From: a virus
Taxonomy: Duplodnaviria; Caudoviricetes
Strand: one strand, 5' to 3'
Virus record (IMG/VR): IMGVR_UViG_3300037424_001593
Location: 12,964-76,963 of that record
Length of the DNA: 64,000 nt
Shown here: positions 36,520 to 47,307 of the stretch, piece after piece
Layout of the letters: each line of letters starts with the position of its first letter
Numbering within the stretch: position 1 is the first letter of the stretch
Position numbers and translations under genes: made by a program
The notes under the pieces: generated by a model
What the model was told of the DNA's origin: nothing
The model's database searches: none
The model's input: the letters and a program-made list of their open reading frames with translations, nothing else

Positions 36520-36765
36520 ATGGCGCACAACCAAAAAGAAGCAGTACGCGAGCTCCTCGGACACGCGGAAGCCGCGGTCGAGCACTTCGCCCCTGCGCTC
36601 GGGTCCTACGCCGTAGCCGCGCTCCCTCTGGTCCGCAAAGGCCTCAAGGCTTTGATCAAGCTCATCGAGGACAGGGGTCACGAAGATGCGGAGCGCATCC
36701 TCGACGAGCTCCTCGAGAAGGGCGCGGCTCGCCTCGAGCTCCCGGGGAGCGACGAAGCCGAATGA
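36520..36765 (+). CDS. Small hypothetical protein
   Basis: RBS GAGGAG, overlap with endolysin start. Confidence 0.55.
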   Translation: MAHNQKEAVRELLGHAEAAVEHFAPALGSYAVAALPLVRKGLKALIKLIEDRGHEDAERILDELLEKGAARLELPGSDEAE

Positions 36766-37454
36766 CCTTCGCGTACGACGACCGCCTGCGCACGGACATG
36801 AGCCACGCGCTCCCGATCCGGCCCGTCAAAGGGTATGCGATCAAGGGTGGTCGTGTCGTACTGCGGGACCCGACAAAGATCATCGGCATTACGCTGCACC
36901 AGACAGCTTGCGAGTTCGGGCTTGCAGCGTACCAGATCAAGGCGGCGCGTGGGGACCGCAGGCTCGCGCAAGCACGGCGCGCGCTCGCGGTACCTGCACA
37001 CGTCGTCTCTTTCGAAGAGCAGTTCGTGACGCCGTGTCCGCTCCTCGCGCTTGCGTACCACGGACACGGGCTCAACAACTTCACGTACGGCGAGGAAATC
37101 GAGGGTCTCTACTTCGGCGTCGCCGGTGACCTGAAGACGCTCTGGACGGGCAAGCTCGACAGAGCTACGGAGTGGACGCCGAAGCGCAGAGACACCGCGC
37201 GCGCGGCACTCTATTACATCTACACGAACGGGCGACGTTTAGGTTCTCCGCTCGAGTATCTCTTTGCGCATCGCCAATCGACAGCGAAACCCTCGGACCC
37301 AGGCCAACAGGTTTGGGAAGACATCGCAATCGATTTTGGCGAGAAGGAGCTCGGCCTCAAGCCGAAGCTCGAGTACACGCTCGTCGATCGCCACGGCCGC
37401 AAGGGCCGACCCATTCCGCGGGAATGGGATCCGCGTTCCCCTGTGAAATACTGA
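36762..37454 (+). CDS. Endolysin, N-acetylmuramoyl-L-alanine amidase (Amidase_2-like)
   Basis: ITLHQTA, AHVV, YHGHGLN..TYGEEIEG, AHRQ...KPSDPG. Confidence 0.8.
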   Translation: MTFAYDDRLRTDMSHALPIRPVKGYAIKGGRVVLRDPTKIIGITLHQTACEFGLAAYQIKAARGDRRLAQARRALAVPAHVVSFEEQFVTPCPLLALAYHGHGLNNFTYGEEIEGLYFGVAGDLKTLWTGKLDRATEWTPKRRDTARAALYYIYTNGRRLGSPLEYLFAHRQSTAKPSDPGQQVWEDIAIDFGEKELGLKPKLEYTLVDRHGRKGRPIPREWDPRSPVKY

Positions 37455-37466
37455 AGGGTCTACAAC

Positions 37467-37706
37467 ATGCGAACGGTTACCCTCGACGGTCTCGGCGGCG
37501 TGATGCCTGTAGCGAGCAACGCGCGAAACACGCAACTCTACGGTTTTGGTGCGGCAGACGATGCGTCGCTTCCGGAGGGGATGATGGTTTACGACGCGCG
37601 TGCGATGCGTAGGAATCACATCATCATCGGTGTGGCTGGGCTCGTTGTGGGCGGAGCGCTAGGCGCCACGTTCATGCACATGTCGATGAAGCGAAAGCGA
37701 AGGTAG
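37467..37706 (+). CDS. Small virion membrane protein
   Basis: LDGLG, LYGFG; C-terminal TM plus KRKRR. Confidence 0.7.
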   Translation: MRTVTLDGLGGVMPVASNARNTQLYGFGAADDASLPEGMMVYDARAMRRNHIIIGVAGLVVGGALGATFMHMSMKRKRR

Positions 37707-37710
37707 AAAA

Positions 37711-38349
37711 ATGGCAACGACAGCATTTGCATGGCGAGGCGGCTGGATCCTTCAGGCCTCGGACGCGATCACACCGACGAGCGTAGTGGCGACGATTCTG
37801 CGCGTCTACGGCAAAGACGCTGAGAGTGAGCCTGTGCTGCTCACTGCGCTTTCAGGCGGCACGACGTCGGTCGCTGAGACGATCCAGCAGTGGGAAAGCT
37901 TTTCGGGCGGTATGCTCTTCCCGCTCGCGATTACGACGCAAGAGCTCACTGACGCGTGTCTGCAGCGCGGGATCACGTATCCGACCACCTTCACGTCGCT
38001 CACACCGCTCGCACCGCTCGACGCGAACGGGAACGCGGTCCTGAGCGGCGTCTCGATGTTCGCCACCGTCGTATACAGCGCGGGTGCGACGCCCACCGTG
38101 GTCGGCGCGCGCAACGTCACCAGCGTCGTGCGCGACGGCGTAAACACCGGACAGTGCACCATCACGTTCACGACGCCGCCGACGGGTTCATACACGCTGA
38201 TCGTGAGCGCGACGGTCTTCGGCGCGAACGCAGCCATGGTATCGTATACGACGCCGACGGCGGCTACGCTGCGTGTCGATACGTACAACATCGTAGGGGC
38301 GAGTGTCGCAGAGGCCGTTTCCGTGCAGGTGTGGATCGTCCCAGGCTGA
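37711..38349 (+). CDS. Putative spike/receptor-binding protein paralog (212 aa)
   Basis: N-terminus aligns with 11904..13046; distal NVTSV....TG..TITF..P....Y fibre-tip-like domain. Confidence 0.6.
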   Translation: MATTAFAWRGGWILQASDAITPTSVVATILRVYGKDAESEPVLLTALSGGTTSVAETIQQWESFSGGMLFPLAITTQELTDACLQRGITYPTTFTSLTPLAPLDANGNAVLSGVSMFATVVYSAGATPTVVGARNVTSVVRDGVNTGQCTITFTTPPTGSYTLIVSATVFGANAAMVSYTTPTAATLRVDTYNIVGASVAEAVSVQVWIVPG

Positions 38350-38374
38350 CGCCGCAGCACGAAAGTACGCTGTG

Positions 38375-38415
38375 CAAGGACGAAAGCCGTCAAGGCTTTC
38401 GTCCTTGTCATTTTT
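38375..38415 (+). terminator. Intrinsic terminator of the 34.6-38.3 kb late operon
   Basis: Perfect 14-bp stem CAAGGACGAAAGCC/GGCTTTCGTCCTTG then TCATTTTT. Confidence 0.8.
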
Positions 38416-38498
38416 ATCGCGTGCACTCTTCCTTTCTGTTGAAGCTCCTGTTATGTACCGTCGTCAGAGCATCACATCAGCTCAGGGCAGGAGCGACA

Positions 38499-41415
38499 AT
38501 GGATTTCGACTACGACGAGGAGGCTCTCGACGAGCCCGAGAGCATCATGTTCAAGACGAACGAGGGGCACGAGCTCGAGCTCTTCGCGACCGGGGACGTG
38601 ATCTTCTACATCGGGCGCGACAGGCATCGCGGGCTCATCTGGACCGGGCGACAGCTCATCGAATACGCGCCCGAAAAGATCGGGCCGCTCGATACGCTCT
38701 TTCTCGAACAAGCCGCGACGCAACTCCTCGCCGTGCGCGAGGAGAGCGGCGGAGAGGACGGCGTGGTGTGGTTCGAGGAGGTTACCGAGTACATCGGTGA
38801 CGCCGTGTACCGCTACTGCTACGAAGGGGGTTTGCGTGACGCGCTCCATGCGACGAGCGCGCAGAAGCTCGCGCGGCATTGGCGTGCGCCGACCGACACG
38901 GAGCTTCTGCAGCTCGTCTCACACGTCCTCACGGACGACACCGGGCGTGTGTGGTCGCAGGAGCCGAGCGTGCTCGTGATCGTGAAGGAAGCGGCCACGC
39001 GGGGCGAGGCGGATGGCATGGCGATCGGCATGCGCAAGCGGATGAAAGCGGGCAACGCATGAGGCGTTCATCCAAGAAAGTCGCGGAAGACACTGAGCGC
39101 GTCTACCAGGCACTCCTCCGCACCACGCCCTTGCACGCCGTGGATGTCCGTGCGCGTGCATGTTTACCCTGGAGACATGTGATCGCAGCGCTGCAGCGTT
39201 TGCGCGTCGCCGGGCGGGCGGAATACGCGACGGTGCGTCGAGGCAAGCGCGTGATACGCGGTTGGCGCAAGTTCACGGTGCATCTCTGATGGCTCAGCGT
39301 CCGCTCAGCGCCGATATCGAATACGCGGATCTACGTGATCTCGACGTCGAGTCTGTCCGCCGCGGGTGGGCGCGCGCAGCGCACGCTCTCGAGGCCGAGC
39401 TCGAAGAAGCGCACGAGCGTAACCAACGGCTTACGCAAGAGCTCGATCGCGAGCGTACGCTTCGTCTCGCTGCGCAGCACGAGGCGAGCACGGATCACAA
39501 GGCGGAGCTCGGCGACGAGCCGCACGCTTACACGCGATGTGAAGACCCCACGCAAGCGAGCGATCCGCCGCGCGGAATATTCAGCCGGCTCTTTAGCCGG
39601 ATCCCTCCGGAAGCGCTTGAGCCACGCGAGGGCGGCGGTCGCATTCCGCTTACGGATGATTGTGAAGCCTGCGACGGGTCCGGGCTGCAGGCATATCACC
39701 CTACGCGCAGTACGTATCCGGATACATGGTGCACGGTGTGCGGAGGCTCTGGCAAACAGAGCATACAACTCGATCCCCCGCTGCGCCGCGATCCGATGCA
39801 CGCTGCGATGGACGAGCTTGCAACACTGCTCGAGTGCGATCGCGCTCACGTCGTAGAGCTCGTGCGCGAATACGTCGAGGTGCAGAAGCGCGTTTTTAAA
39901 TGCGTCACACGCGAGCAAGAGCGCGCTGATCGTGCCGAGGTTGCGTGTGGTGTGCTCCTCACGAAGATACGGAGCGCACGTGACTATGCCGCGAACGCTC
40001 CGCGTGATTTGATCAGTCGGCGCGAGGTGGAAATCATCCTCGCGATTCTCAAGCTGGAGGCATGATGGACTGCGACGACATGCGCGATCGATATGGTTTC
40101 ATCGCGGCGAACTGCGACGAAGAAGACGCGGCGTTTCTCTTCGAACACCTGCGCCATGTAGACGCTGAGTTCGAAGCCCTCCGCGCTGAGGTCGCTACGC
40201 TTCGGGCGGAGCGTGACGATCTGCAAGTGCGTCTTGATGTGGCAATCGGCGGGCGACAAGTGTGGTTCGAGTGGGCGTCGCTTGCATGGGCGGAATGCGA
40301 CGCGCGGCCCGCCATCACGTCTGAGGATGCGGCGAAGTGGCTCACACAGCGCATGGATGAAGACGGCCCAAGCGATGGGTGGAACCGCGTCGTTCTCGCC
40401 CTCCGCTCCCACGCTGCCAAGGCGGTGCCGCGATGACCACGGAACGAGAAATCGAAGACGCGACGCGCGAAAAGGAGCTGTTGTTCATCGCGCAGCACAA
40501 CGCGCACGGCCCCGACTACTGGGTGTGGTCACGCCTGTACCACCGAAGCCTTGAACGACTCGCGGAACTACGCAGGCCGCGTGACCTGCGGCGGCGCATG
40601 TACCGCACTGACATGGCGGTGAAGACGTGAGCTTCTGGACCTGGCACGAATACGCCCCGCACGTTCATCGCGACCACCACTGCTGCGTGGTCCCTGGGTA
40701 CATCGATCGGTCGCCCACGCGCCCGTACCGCGATGATACGGTACGCAACGTGGACGCGGTGAATCGTTGGCGCGCGGCGCGCGGGATCCCGCTTGTCATA
40801 AAACGCGCGGGAGAAGTGCCATGAACCGCTGCAAGCGATGCTACGCGGACGCCTGGGAGATGCAGGCTGTTCGAACACCAAACGGCACTCGTATCATGGC
40901 TGTTTGTCGTGAGTGCCAAAAACGAGATCGCGAAGCCCTGATGAAGAAGCTGCGCGATGCGGGGCTCATCCCATGAGGATTTTGCGAGGTGAAGACGTGA
41001 ACGAACACGAGAGACAAGCTGTAGGTCTGTACGCAATCCTTGCGCGTGATGCCTGCGACTTCATCGACATGGTGCAAGAGGCGCCTACCGAGGCACTGCG
41101 TGTGCTTCTCGAGATGCTCGCCACACCGAACCCGAAGCACGATGACGACACGCGCAGGCTAAACGCGTTCGGTGTTGCTGTCACCGAACGACACCTCGCG
41201 CGCCGAGCTACAGAGGAGCGTGCGTCGTGACACGTGCCGAGTTCCTCGCCGCGCTCCCATGGATGCTTTCAACGTTCACGTCGTTGTTGCTCGCCTTCAC
41301 CTTTTACAAGCAAGCGCGTACAGCGTGCGATCAGTTCGACGAGCTCCGTGCCCTCATGGAGCAGCGCCTCGCAACCGATGAAGGGGAAGACGATGTCGAA
41401 GACTCCGCCTCCTGA
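38499..41415 (+). CDS. Cluster of small hypothetical ORFs including a winged HTH (39059..39289) and a CxxCxGxG Zn-finger protein (39289..40065)
   Basis: Tightly coupled ATGA/GTGA overlaps; CEACDGSG...CTVCGGSG. Confidence 0.6.
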
Positions 41416-41683
41416 ACACCCGTGGCTCTTCCACGAGAACGACTACGTCGTGCACGTGAAGACAGCAGGCACCTACTTCGTACTCCTCTGCGGGTACCAA
41501 GAAGGCGATCACACGCCTGTGTACGCGTACCGCAAGATCAAGCGGGAGGAACCGACCAAGTGGTATTTTGTGGGCGGTGGCGAAACGGAACCTCTCGAGA
41601 CGTGGGATCTCGATGGTCCGATTTGGGTGCGTCCTGCGAGCGAGTTCGAGGACGGGCGCTTTCGTCCGCTAGTCACGAAGTGA
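41393..41683 (+). CDS. DUF1653-like protein
   Basis: Y.H.K...Y.V ... VY.Y ... WVRP.SEF..GRF. Confidence 0.6.
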   Translation: MSKTPPPEHPWLFHENDYVVHVKTAGTYFVLLCGYQEGDHTPVYAYRKIKREEPTKWYFVGGGETEPLETWDLDGPIWVRPASEFEDGRFRPLVTK

Positions 41684-41929
41684 TCGCGGGCTCGAGCGCT
41701 TCGTCGGCGCACCTTCCGGCGCATCGCGGTCCGCTGCAGCCTGCCTGCGCATCCGCTTCTGCGCCTCTGCGCTCGCGTCCATGAGCGCAGCGGCGAAAAG
41801 CGAGCTCGCAGTCGCAAGCGCGGCGAAACCTTCGCCTGACGCCTTGTCGAGGGCGATTAGCACAATGATACCGATCAGGCAGATGAATAGGCCGACGGCA
41901 ATCAGGATGAGTCGGAGCGAGTGAGGCAT
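41669..41929 (-). CDS. Small two-TM protein
   Basis: Two hydrophobic helices and basic tail. Confidence 0.55.
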   Translation of the reverse strand: MPHSLRLILIAVGLFICLIGIIVLIALDKASGEGFAALATASSLFAAALMDASAEAQKRMRRQAAADRDAPEGAPTKRSSPRSLRD

Positions 41930-41953
41930 TTCAGCACAACTGTACCAAGCCAG

Positions 41954-41964
41954 GCGGTATAAGA
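41954..41964 (+). promoter_or_regulatory. Putative late promoter GCGGTATAAGA
   Basis: 18 nt upstream of ATG 41983. Confidence 0.7.
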
Positions 41965-41982
41965 TCAAGGGAGCGTGCAACC

Positions 41983-42786
41983 ATGGCAGCCGTTACTACA
42001 ACCGAAGATGCGATCCGCGCCGCCACCGGGACAGTCGCTACAGGCACCTCGAGCGGGGGCGGGCTCACGGTCGGCAACGCGTCGGTCGGTGAGCTCCCGA
42101 GCGTCACCATCCTCGCGCCCGGCTTCTCGTACGCCATCACCGGGCAGGACTACCTCACGATGGCGCGCTCCATCGACAGGGAGAGCCCCGCAGATTGTGC
42201 CGCCATCCTGTGGACGTACGTGCAGCGCTACGTGGCGCTCCGGGGGCCCGCAGGACCCTACCCGACGCTCAGTCGGATGGTGATCGCGTTCTCGCAGCCG
42301 ATCAATCCTTTGTGGTTTCCGGACGGCCCGAAGTGTCGTCCGGGCGGTCCGTATTACGGACAGCGCGAGTGCGCGAACGCGGAGATGCGCCCGATCTACG
42401 CGTCGCGTCCCTGGGGCGAGATCCGCTCGAGCGTGCGCGACGGGATCCTTCGCTGGGCGCAGGGGCGCGTTGCGAACAGCGTTCCGCGCAGTATCAACTT
42501 CGCTTCGTCCGAGCTCATCCGCAGGCAACTCGCAGCCGGGAACACCGCGCAGCGCGAGATCGTGTACGACGGCGAGAACACCTTCGTCTCCGAGCCCGTG
42601 TCGCGCGCGTGGCCGTCCGATTCGTACGTGCGCATCCAGGCGAACGGGCGCATCGTCTCGGCCCAGGACGGGCTCAGCGGGGGCGAGCTCACAGCGATCC
42701 TGCTCGGGGGCGCGCTCGTGCTCGGTGCAGGTTACGCAGCGTTCAAGAACGGGCTCGTCTCAAAGGTCACGCGGAAGTTTCGATGA
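41983..42786 (+). CDS. Membrane-anchored SleB-like muralytic virion protein
   Basis: MARSIDRESPADCAAILW parallels 22176..22748; C-terminal TM. Confidence 0.55.
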   Translation: MAAVTTTEDAIRAATGTVATGTSSGGGLTVGNASVGELPSVTILAPGFSYAITGQDYLTMARSIDRESPADCAAILWTYVQRYVALRGPAGPYPTLSRMVIAFSQPINPLWFPDGPKCRPGGPYYGQRECANAEMRPIYASRPWGEIRSSVRDGILRWAQGRVANSVPRSINFASSELIRRQLAAGNTAQREIVYDGENTFVSEPVSRAWPSDSYVRIQANGRIVSAQDGLSGGELTAILLGGALVLGAGYAAFKNGLVSKVTRKFR

Positions 42787-43169
42787 GGCTCGCTTTCGCG
42801 GTCGCCGCATGTCTTGCGCTCGCGCCTTGCGGCTTCCAATGCCCTGAACGCACGGACGCGTACGCAGATGAAGTTGCGGCCGTGCGTCGCGTCTGGGTCG
42901 CGCCGCTACCTCCAGATACGTGCGGATCCCCGCACGTGTCGCTACGCACGCTGCCGTGCGGCGAAGGTTGTCTGTACGCGTACCACTACATGACAGACAT
43001 CGTCGTGCGCGATGATCTCGACGAAAGCACTACGCGCGCGGCGGTTCGCCACGAGACGGTGCACTGGCTTGCGTGGTGTACGGGCTATCAACCGAGCGGC
43101 GACGCGGGACACTCGATGCCCGAGCTCTGGGGCGCGGGTGGAGTGCTCGAGCGATCCGAAAGCCCGTAG
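42783..43169 (+). CDS. Secreted/lipoprotein with HExxH zinc-peptidase motif
   Basis: Signal-like N-terminus; RHETVHWL. Confidence 0.55.
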   Translation: MRLAFAVAACLALAPCGFQCPERTDAYADEVAAVRRVWVAPLPPDTCGSPHVSLRTLPCGEGCLYAYHYMTDIVVRDDLDESTTRAAVRHETVHWLAWCTGYQPSGDAGHSMPELWGAGGVLERSESP

Positions 43170-43303
43170 ATGAGCTCGAGCTCGCTGAGCGCGTCTGTTG
43201 CGGGCCCAAGGAGAATGATGCCTCGACCGCTGCGCATCAGCGCTTTGAGCCGCCACAGCGGCTTCTTGCGGCGTTCGTTCCGTGCACGTTTCTTGTGGTT
43301 CAT
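43088..43303 (-). CDS. Small protein with Arg-rich N-terminus
   Basis: MNHKKRARNERRK, shared with 44136..44429. Confidence 0.55.
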   Translation of the reverse strand: MNHKKRARNERRKKPLWRLKALMRSGRGIILLGPATDALSELELIYGLSDRSSTPPAPQSSGIECPASPLG

Positions 43304-43536
43304 TGAAGCGCTCTTGACGGCGGCTGCGCCGCTGGGTTAGGGTTGGGATCTACGCAAAAGAGCCGTTCGATCCGAACGACCACGCAGGGCGGAGGGGAGC
43401 AATCCTCACCGCTCTTCGTCTTTCTTGACGACGGGCCGGCACCGTCGGCAGTAGAAAACGCCGTGCGACGTAGAACCATCCGTATGCTCAGCGACGCGAT
43501 GGCACTCCACACATTTTCTTCTGCGTGGCAGGGGCA

Positions 43537-44121
43537 TCATCTGCTCGGCCACCCGATCGCCCGCGCAATCTTGAAGAAGAGCTCGCCCTGATGCCGAGCA
43601 TCTTCCACTGCGATGTGCGTGTGCGGCGGCAGATCCACACGCAACGCGTTGAGCGGCTCGTGCCGCCCCGAGTTCTGAAATCCGAGCCCGCCGCACGCGA
43701 ACGAGTCGAGGTCGATCACCTTGAGCCCGCGCTTCGACGTGAAGTGGAAGGGATTCTCGAGCCCTGTAGCGCGGAATGCCCAGTCGATCCACGGGTAGTC
43801 GAAGATCGCGGGGTCTGCAAGAAACACAGGCGCGTCGCACGGCAAGCACAGGCTCTTGATGAAGCGCTCGAAGAGTTGCATCGACGCGTGCAGGTCAAGC
43901 TGATCGCGCTCGAGCGCACGTGCGGCTGAAGGCTGCGTAGCCCACCACTTTGAGGTGTCCGCGTCGCACGTGTATAGCGACGATTGCGCGATGTTGAGCT
44001 CGATCGCGTCGAGCTCGAACCCGTGTACGTCGTACGCCGCAGCGCCGATGCTGAGGAGGTGGTGGATGCCGGGACGTGGGCCTGCGGTCTCGACGTCCAC
44101 GGAGAAGATGATGTCGCTCAT
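43537..44121 (-). CDS. DEDDh 3'-5' exonuclease (Rv2179c/DUF5051-like)
   Basis: VDVETAG, FDYPWI, HIAVEDARHQ. Confidence 0.75.
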   Translation of the reverse strand: MSDIIFSVDVETAGPRPGIHHLLSIGAAAYDVHGFELDAIELNIAQSSLYTCDADTSKWWATQPSAARALERDQLDLHASMQLFERFIKSLCLPCDAPVFLADPAIFDYPWIDWAFRATGLENPFHFTSKRGLKVIDLDSFACGGLGFQNSGRHEPLNALRVDLPPHTHIAVEDARHQGELFFKIARAIGWPSR

Positions 44122-44135
44122 GTGCTCTAGCCTTT

Positions 44136-44429
44136 CTAGTATGGATCGTGAAGCATGCGCGTGAGGAGCGCGCCAAACGCCTCGGTCGCTTGTCGTCCTT
44201 GCGCGTGCAACGCGTTTCGTGTTCGTGCTTCTCTGCGTGCATCACTCCAGTGGCGCGAGCGTCTGCGTGGATTGCGTAAGTCCGGGTAGAGAGCATCGAA
44301 GAACACGCGGTTGCCGTCCGCGCTCTCCCACATCGTCCCGTACGGCGTGCGCATGATGGGGGTGCCGAAAACCTCGCGCCAGTGTTGTGTCTTGCGTCGT
44401 TCGTTTCGCGCTCGCTTCTTGTGGTTCAC
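44136..44429 (-). CDS. Small protein with Arg-rich N-terminus
   Basis: GTG start, (M)NHKKRARNERRK. Confidence 0.55.
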   Translation of the reverse strand: MNHKKRARNERRKTQHWREVFGTPIMRTPYGTMWESADGNRVFFDALYPDLRNPRRRSRHWSDARREARTRNALHAQGRQATEAFGALLTRMLHDPY

Positions 44430-47079
44430 GTCTTGACCCAGAGCGCGTTGTTGAACTGCTCGTACTGCACTTCGTCGCATTCGATTACGCGGAAGCCTGT
44501 ACCGGACGAGTAGCTGTGTTTGCTCGGGTGTTGATGCGTGAGATACGTAACGAGCAAACAACCCTCGTCGCGGCGCTCCACGCGGACGACGTCCACAACG
44601 CGAACATACAAGCACTGTCCGTACGGTCTGTGCTCTGCCTCGATACGCGCGGCGTCTTCGCGGGTCATTTTGTGCCGCGGAATGTCCGCACCATACCCGC
44701 GTTCCGTGCCGAGGTAGATCAGTGGCCCCTGTCGCAGGGGCACATCCGCATCGAACGTGCATCGCGACCACCGCGCGGGCTCATCTTCGGGTTTACGCAC
44801 GTACGCGTCGATTCCTTCTTTTGCCATCGTCTCCTCCGTTCGTGTGTTGTTGGGTCCCGTTGGTCCTGGAAGCGCTGGGTGTCGTGGTTCACACCTGCGT
44901 AGCGCGTGCTTAAACGTGAGCGCCTCGATCGCCTCCGCAGGAAAGTCGAGCGGCAGGGACTCGCACACAAGCGTCTCGCCAGACAGCACGGTGAGCTTCG
45001 GTCGCAGCTCGAAGTCCAGCGCGAGTCGGGCCATGAGCGCGGCGCTCAAACCTTCGGGGTCTACGATGAGGATCGGCTTGTCCACTACAGGCCTCGTTTC
45101 TTTGCTTGCTTCGCAATCTCATCGAGGAAGGACTCAACGTTGCGCTTCCTGCGCGCTTCTATCGCATCCAGTATTTGCTGCGCGGCGTCGTGTGTGGTTT
45201 CACGCGCGGGGATCGCACGGTCGGCAGCGAGGCACCGATGGCACATCGCGCGACTTAGCCCTGCGTAGTGTGGACACGCCTTACTCATTCTCGCCTGCCT
45301 TCCATTCCCCACGCCACCTCAGCGATGTGCTCGAGCTCGTCTTCGATGTCGGCTTGCGCAGCGAACAGGATGATCTCGACATCCGTCTTCCACGCGTACT
45401 TCGTGACGCCCGCACGCGCTGAGAGTTGCGCGCTGCGCATAAGACTCTCGCGCACCAGGCGCGTCACCTCGTCGTTCTTCCTCATACCTTAGAGCGTACA
45501 CTTTGCGCCGGCGTTTCGAGGCGTTCGACCTGCGCACGTGCGTCGTTCTCCGGAGCAATACGCACTTTCGTCGCGGGTGGTGGTTCACCTACTGCGTTGT
45601 ATTCTCGCAAAATCGCGAGCACCGCGTCACGCTCGAGCTCACTGCGTTTTTGTTCGGCAACCTCTACTTTGTGGAGTAGATCGAAGGCTTCACTGTGGGT
45701 GTACGCGACGCGGAAACTCGTGAAGAGTAACAGTGCGAGCAACGCAAACTGCGTCACTCCGTGTGCGTGTGCGTTGTCGGCGTCGAACCACATAGCTAGG
45801 CCGATCCAGCTCGCTGCAACGCTTGCGACGCGCAGAAGCGACATACGAAAACGACTCTGCACTTGGCGCAGCGTCATCCCGACACCTCTTGCTGGGCTGC
45901 CAAATACTGCGCGAGAAGCGCGGCATATCGCGCCGCTTGTTCTTCGAACGCATCTCGCGCGGGCGCGGTTGCTCGTTCGTACTGGCGCGAGGGAAGAAAT
46001 CCGTGCTGCAGTTTCGCTTCTGTGAAGACTTGAAGCGCGCGTTCACGCGCAAGCAACGCGTTCAAGAGCTCGCGCTCGAGAGCGGTGCATGTGTGCGTGC
46101 CATACGTGCGCGCGCGCAACTCGTCGGGCGTGGGACGGTATTCAGACATCACCCCATCACCTTCTGCCCGCGCTTCGGCTCTTGCCACGGCTTCGCGATA
46201 TTGCGCTTTACCGGACGATGCGCTGTGCCGCCAGGATGCGTGACGACGGCGCCGTTCCGCTTCGCGCTCTGCTCGCGCTCCATCTGGCGATACGCCTGCT
46301 TGAGCTGCCGACGTGAAGGATTCACGATCACAGCCTTCTCTTCAGGCGTGAGGTCGCTGGCCGTGCCGGACGTAGCGCCCGTAGGGATCGTAGGTGCGCT
46401 GATACTTTTCACGTGCTCTTCTCCGTTTTAGCGCGGATGCGAGACGCTTCCGCGAACATGTGATCGAGATCAAGACGCTGCGCCTGTGAGGACCAGTACC
46501 CGGGCGAGACGCAGGTCCACACCTGCCCGAGCGGGGACATCGCGTAGTCGCAGTCTGGCGTGCTCCAGAACACCCAGCCGCGCACGGTGATCGGGACGCG
46601 GCCACGTGCGTCGAGCTCACTCTGCTCGAGCTTGAGGCGCTGGTATTCCGCGTCGAGCACGGCGCGTTCCGCGCCCTGACGCCGACGCTCGAGGATGCGC
46701 AGCACGATGCCGAGGACGAGCAGCACGAGCGCGACGAATGAGATGCCTGCGCTCACGGCTCGGCCTTCGCTTTGAGGGCGCGCACAGCGTCGATGAGCTC
46801 CGCGCGTGCCCAGTAGAGTGTGTTGTCCTCGGCGCCGGTGGGGTGCGTGATGCTTGCGTGCGCGGTCGTCGCGCGTTCGAACGTCAGAGCGCTCTGGAGC
46901 ACAGCGAAGATCTCGGGCGTCACGCGTCCGAAGCCTGTGCCGTCGCAGTTCTCGCAGCGCTCTACGCGCGTGTCGTGCTCTCCACCGCAGACGATGTCGC
47001 TGAAGACCTGCCCCTCGCCGCCACATGACGCGCAGAGCCCTATAGCGAGCGGTGCGATGTAACCGATCGACATCTTCAC
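44426..47079 (-). CDS. Leftward operon of about eight small hypothetical ORFs (some TM, one CxxCxGxG)
   Basis: Chain of 1-4 nt overlaps from 47079 to 44426. Confidence 0.55.
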
Positions 47080-47179
47080 GTGCCCTTTCGCGGCATAAAG
47101 CTGGAGCGGGGTAGGATTGGGTACCTCCTCCGCCTTCGCCCGGTATTCGTAATGCTACGAATGCCTTCCTTGAGCCCCA

Positions 47180-47209
47180 AAGGTAGGGCCGCAGGCCCGC
47201 CGCTGTCAA
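47180..47209 (-). promoter_or_regulatory. Sigma70-like leftward promoter
   Basis: TTGACA-N18-TACCTT at a divergence point; spacer contains GGCCTGCGGCC. Confidence 0.55.
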
Positions 47210-47307
47210 CTACCGATCAGATAAAAGTGCATGGCTGACGAAAGTGTATGGACACAACGCTGACTGCAGTGGTAAAGATCGGCGCATGCTGGTCGAGGAG
47301 AGCAATC

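Noticed and set aside
47219-47228. Shared 10-mer AGATAAAAGT (also 57949)
   Set aside because: Only two copies and no symmetry; may be chance or a weak -10 element.
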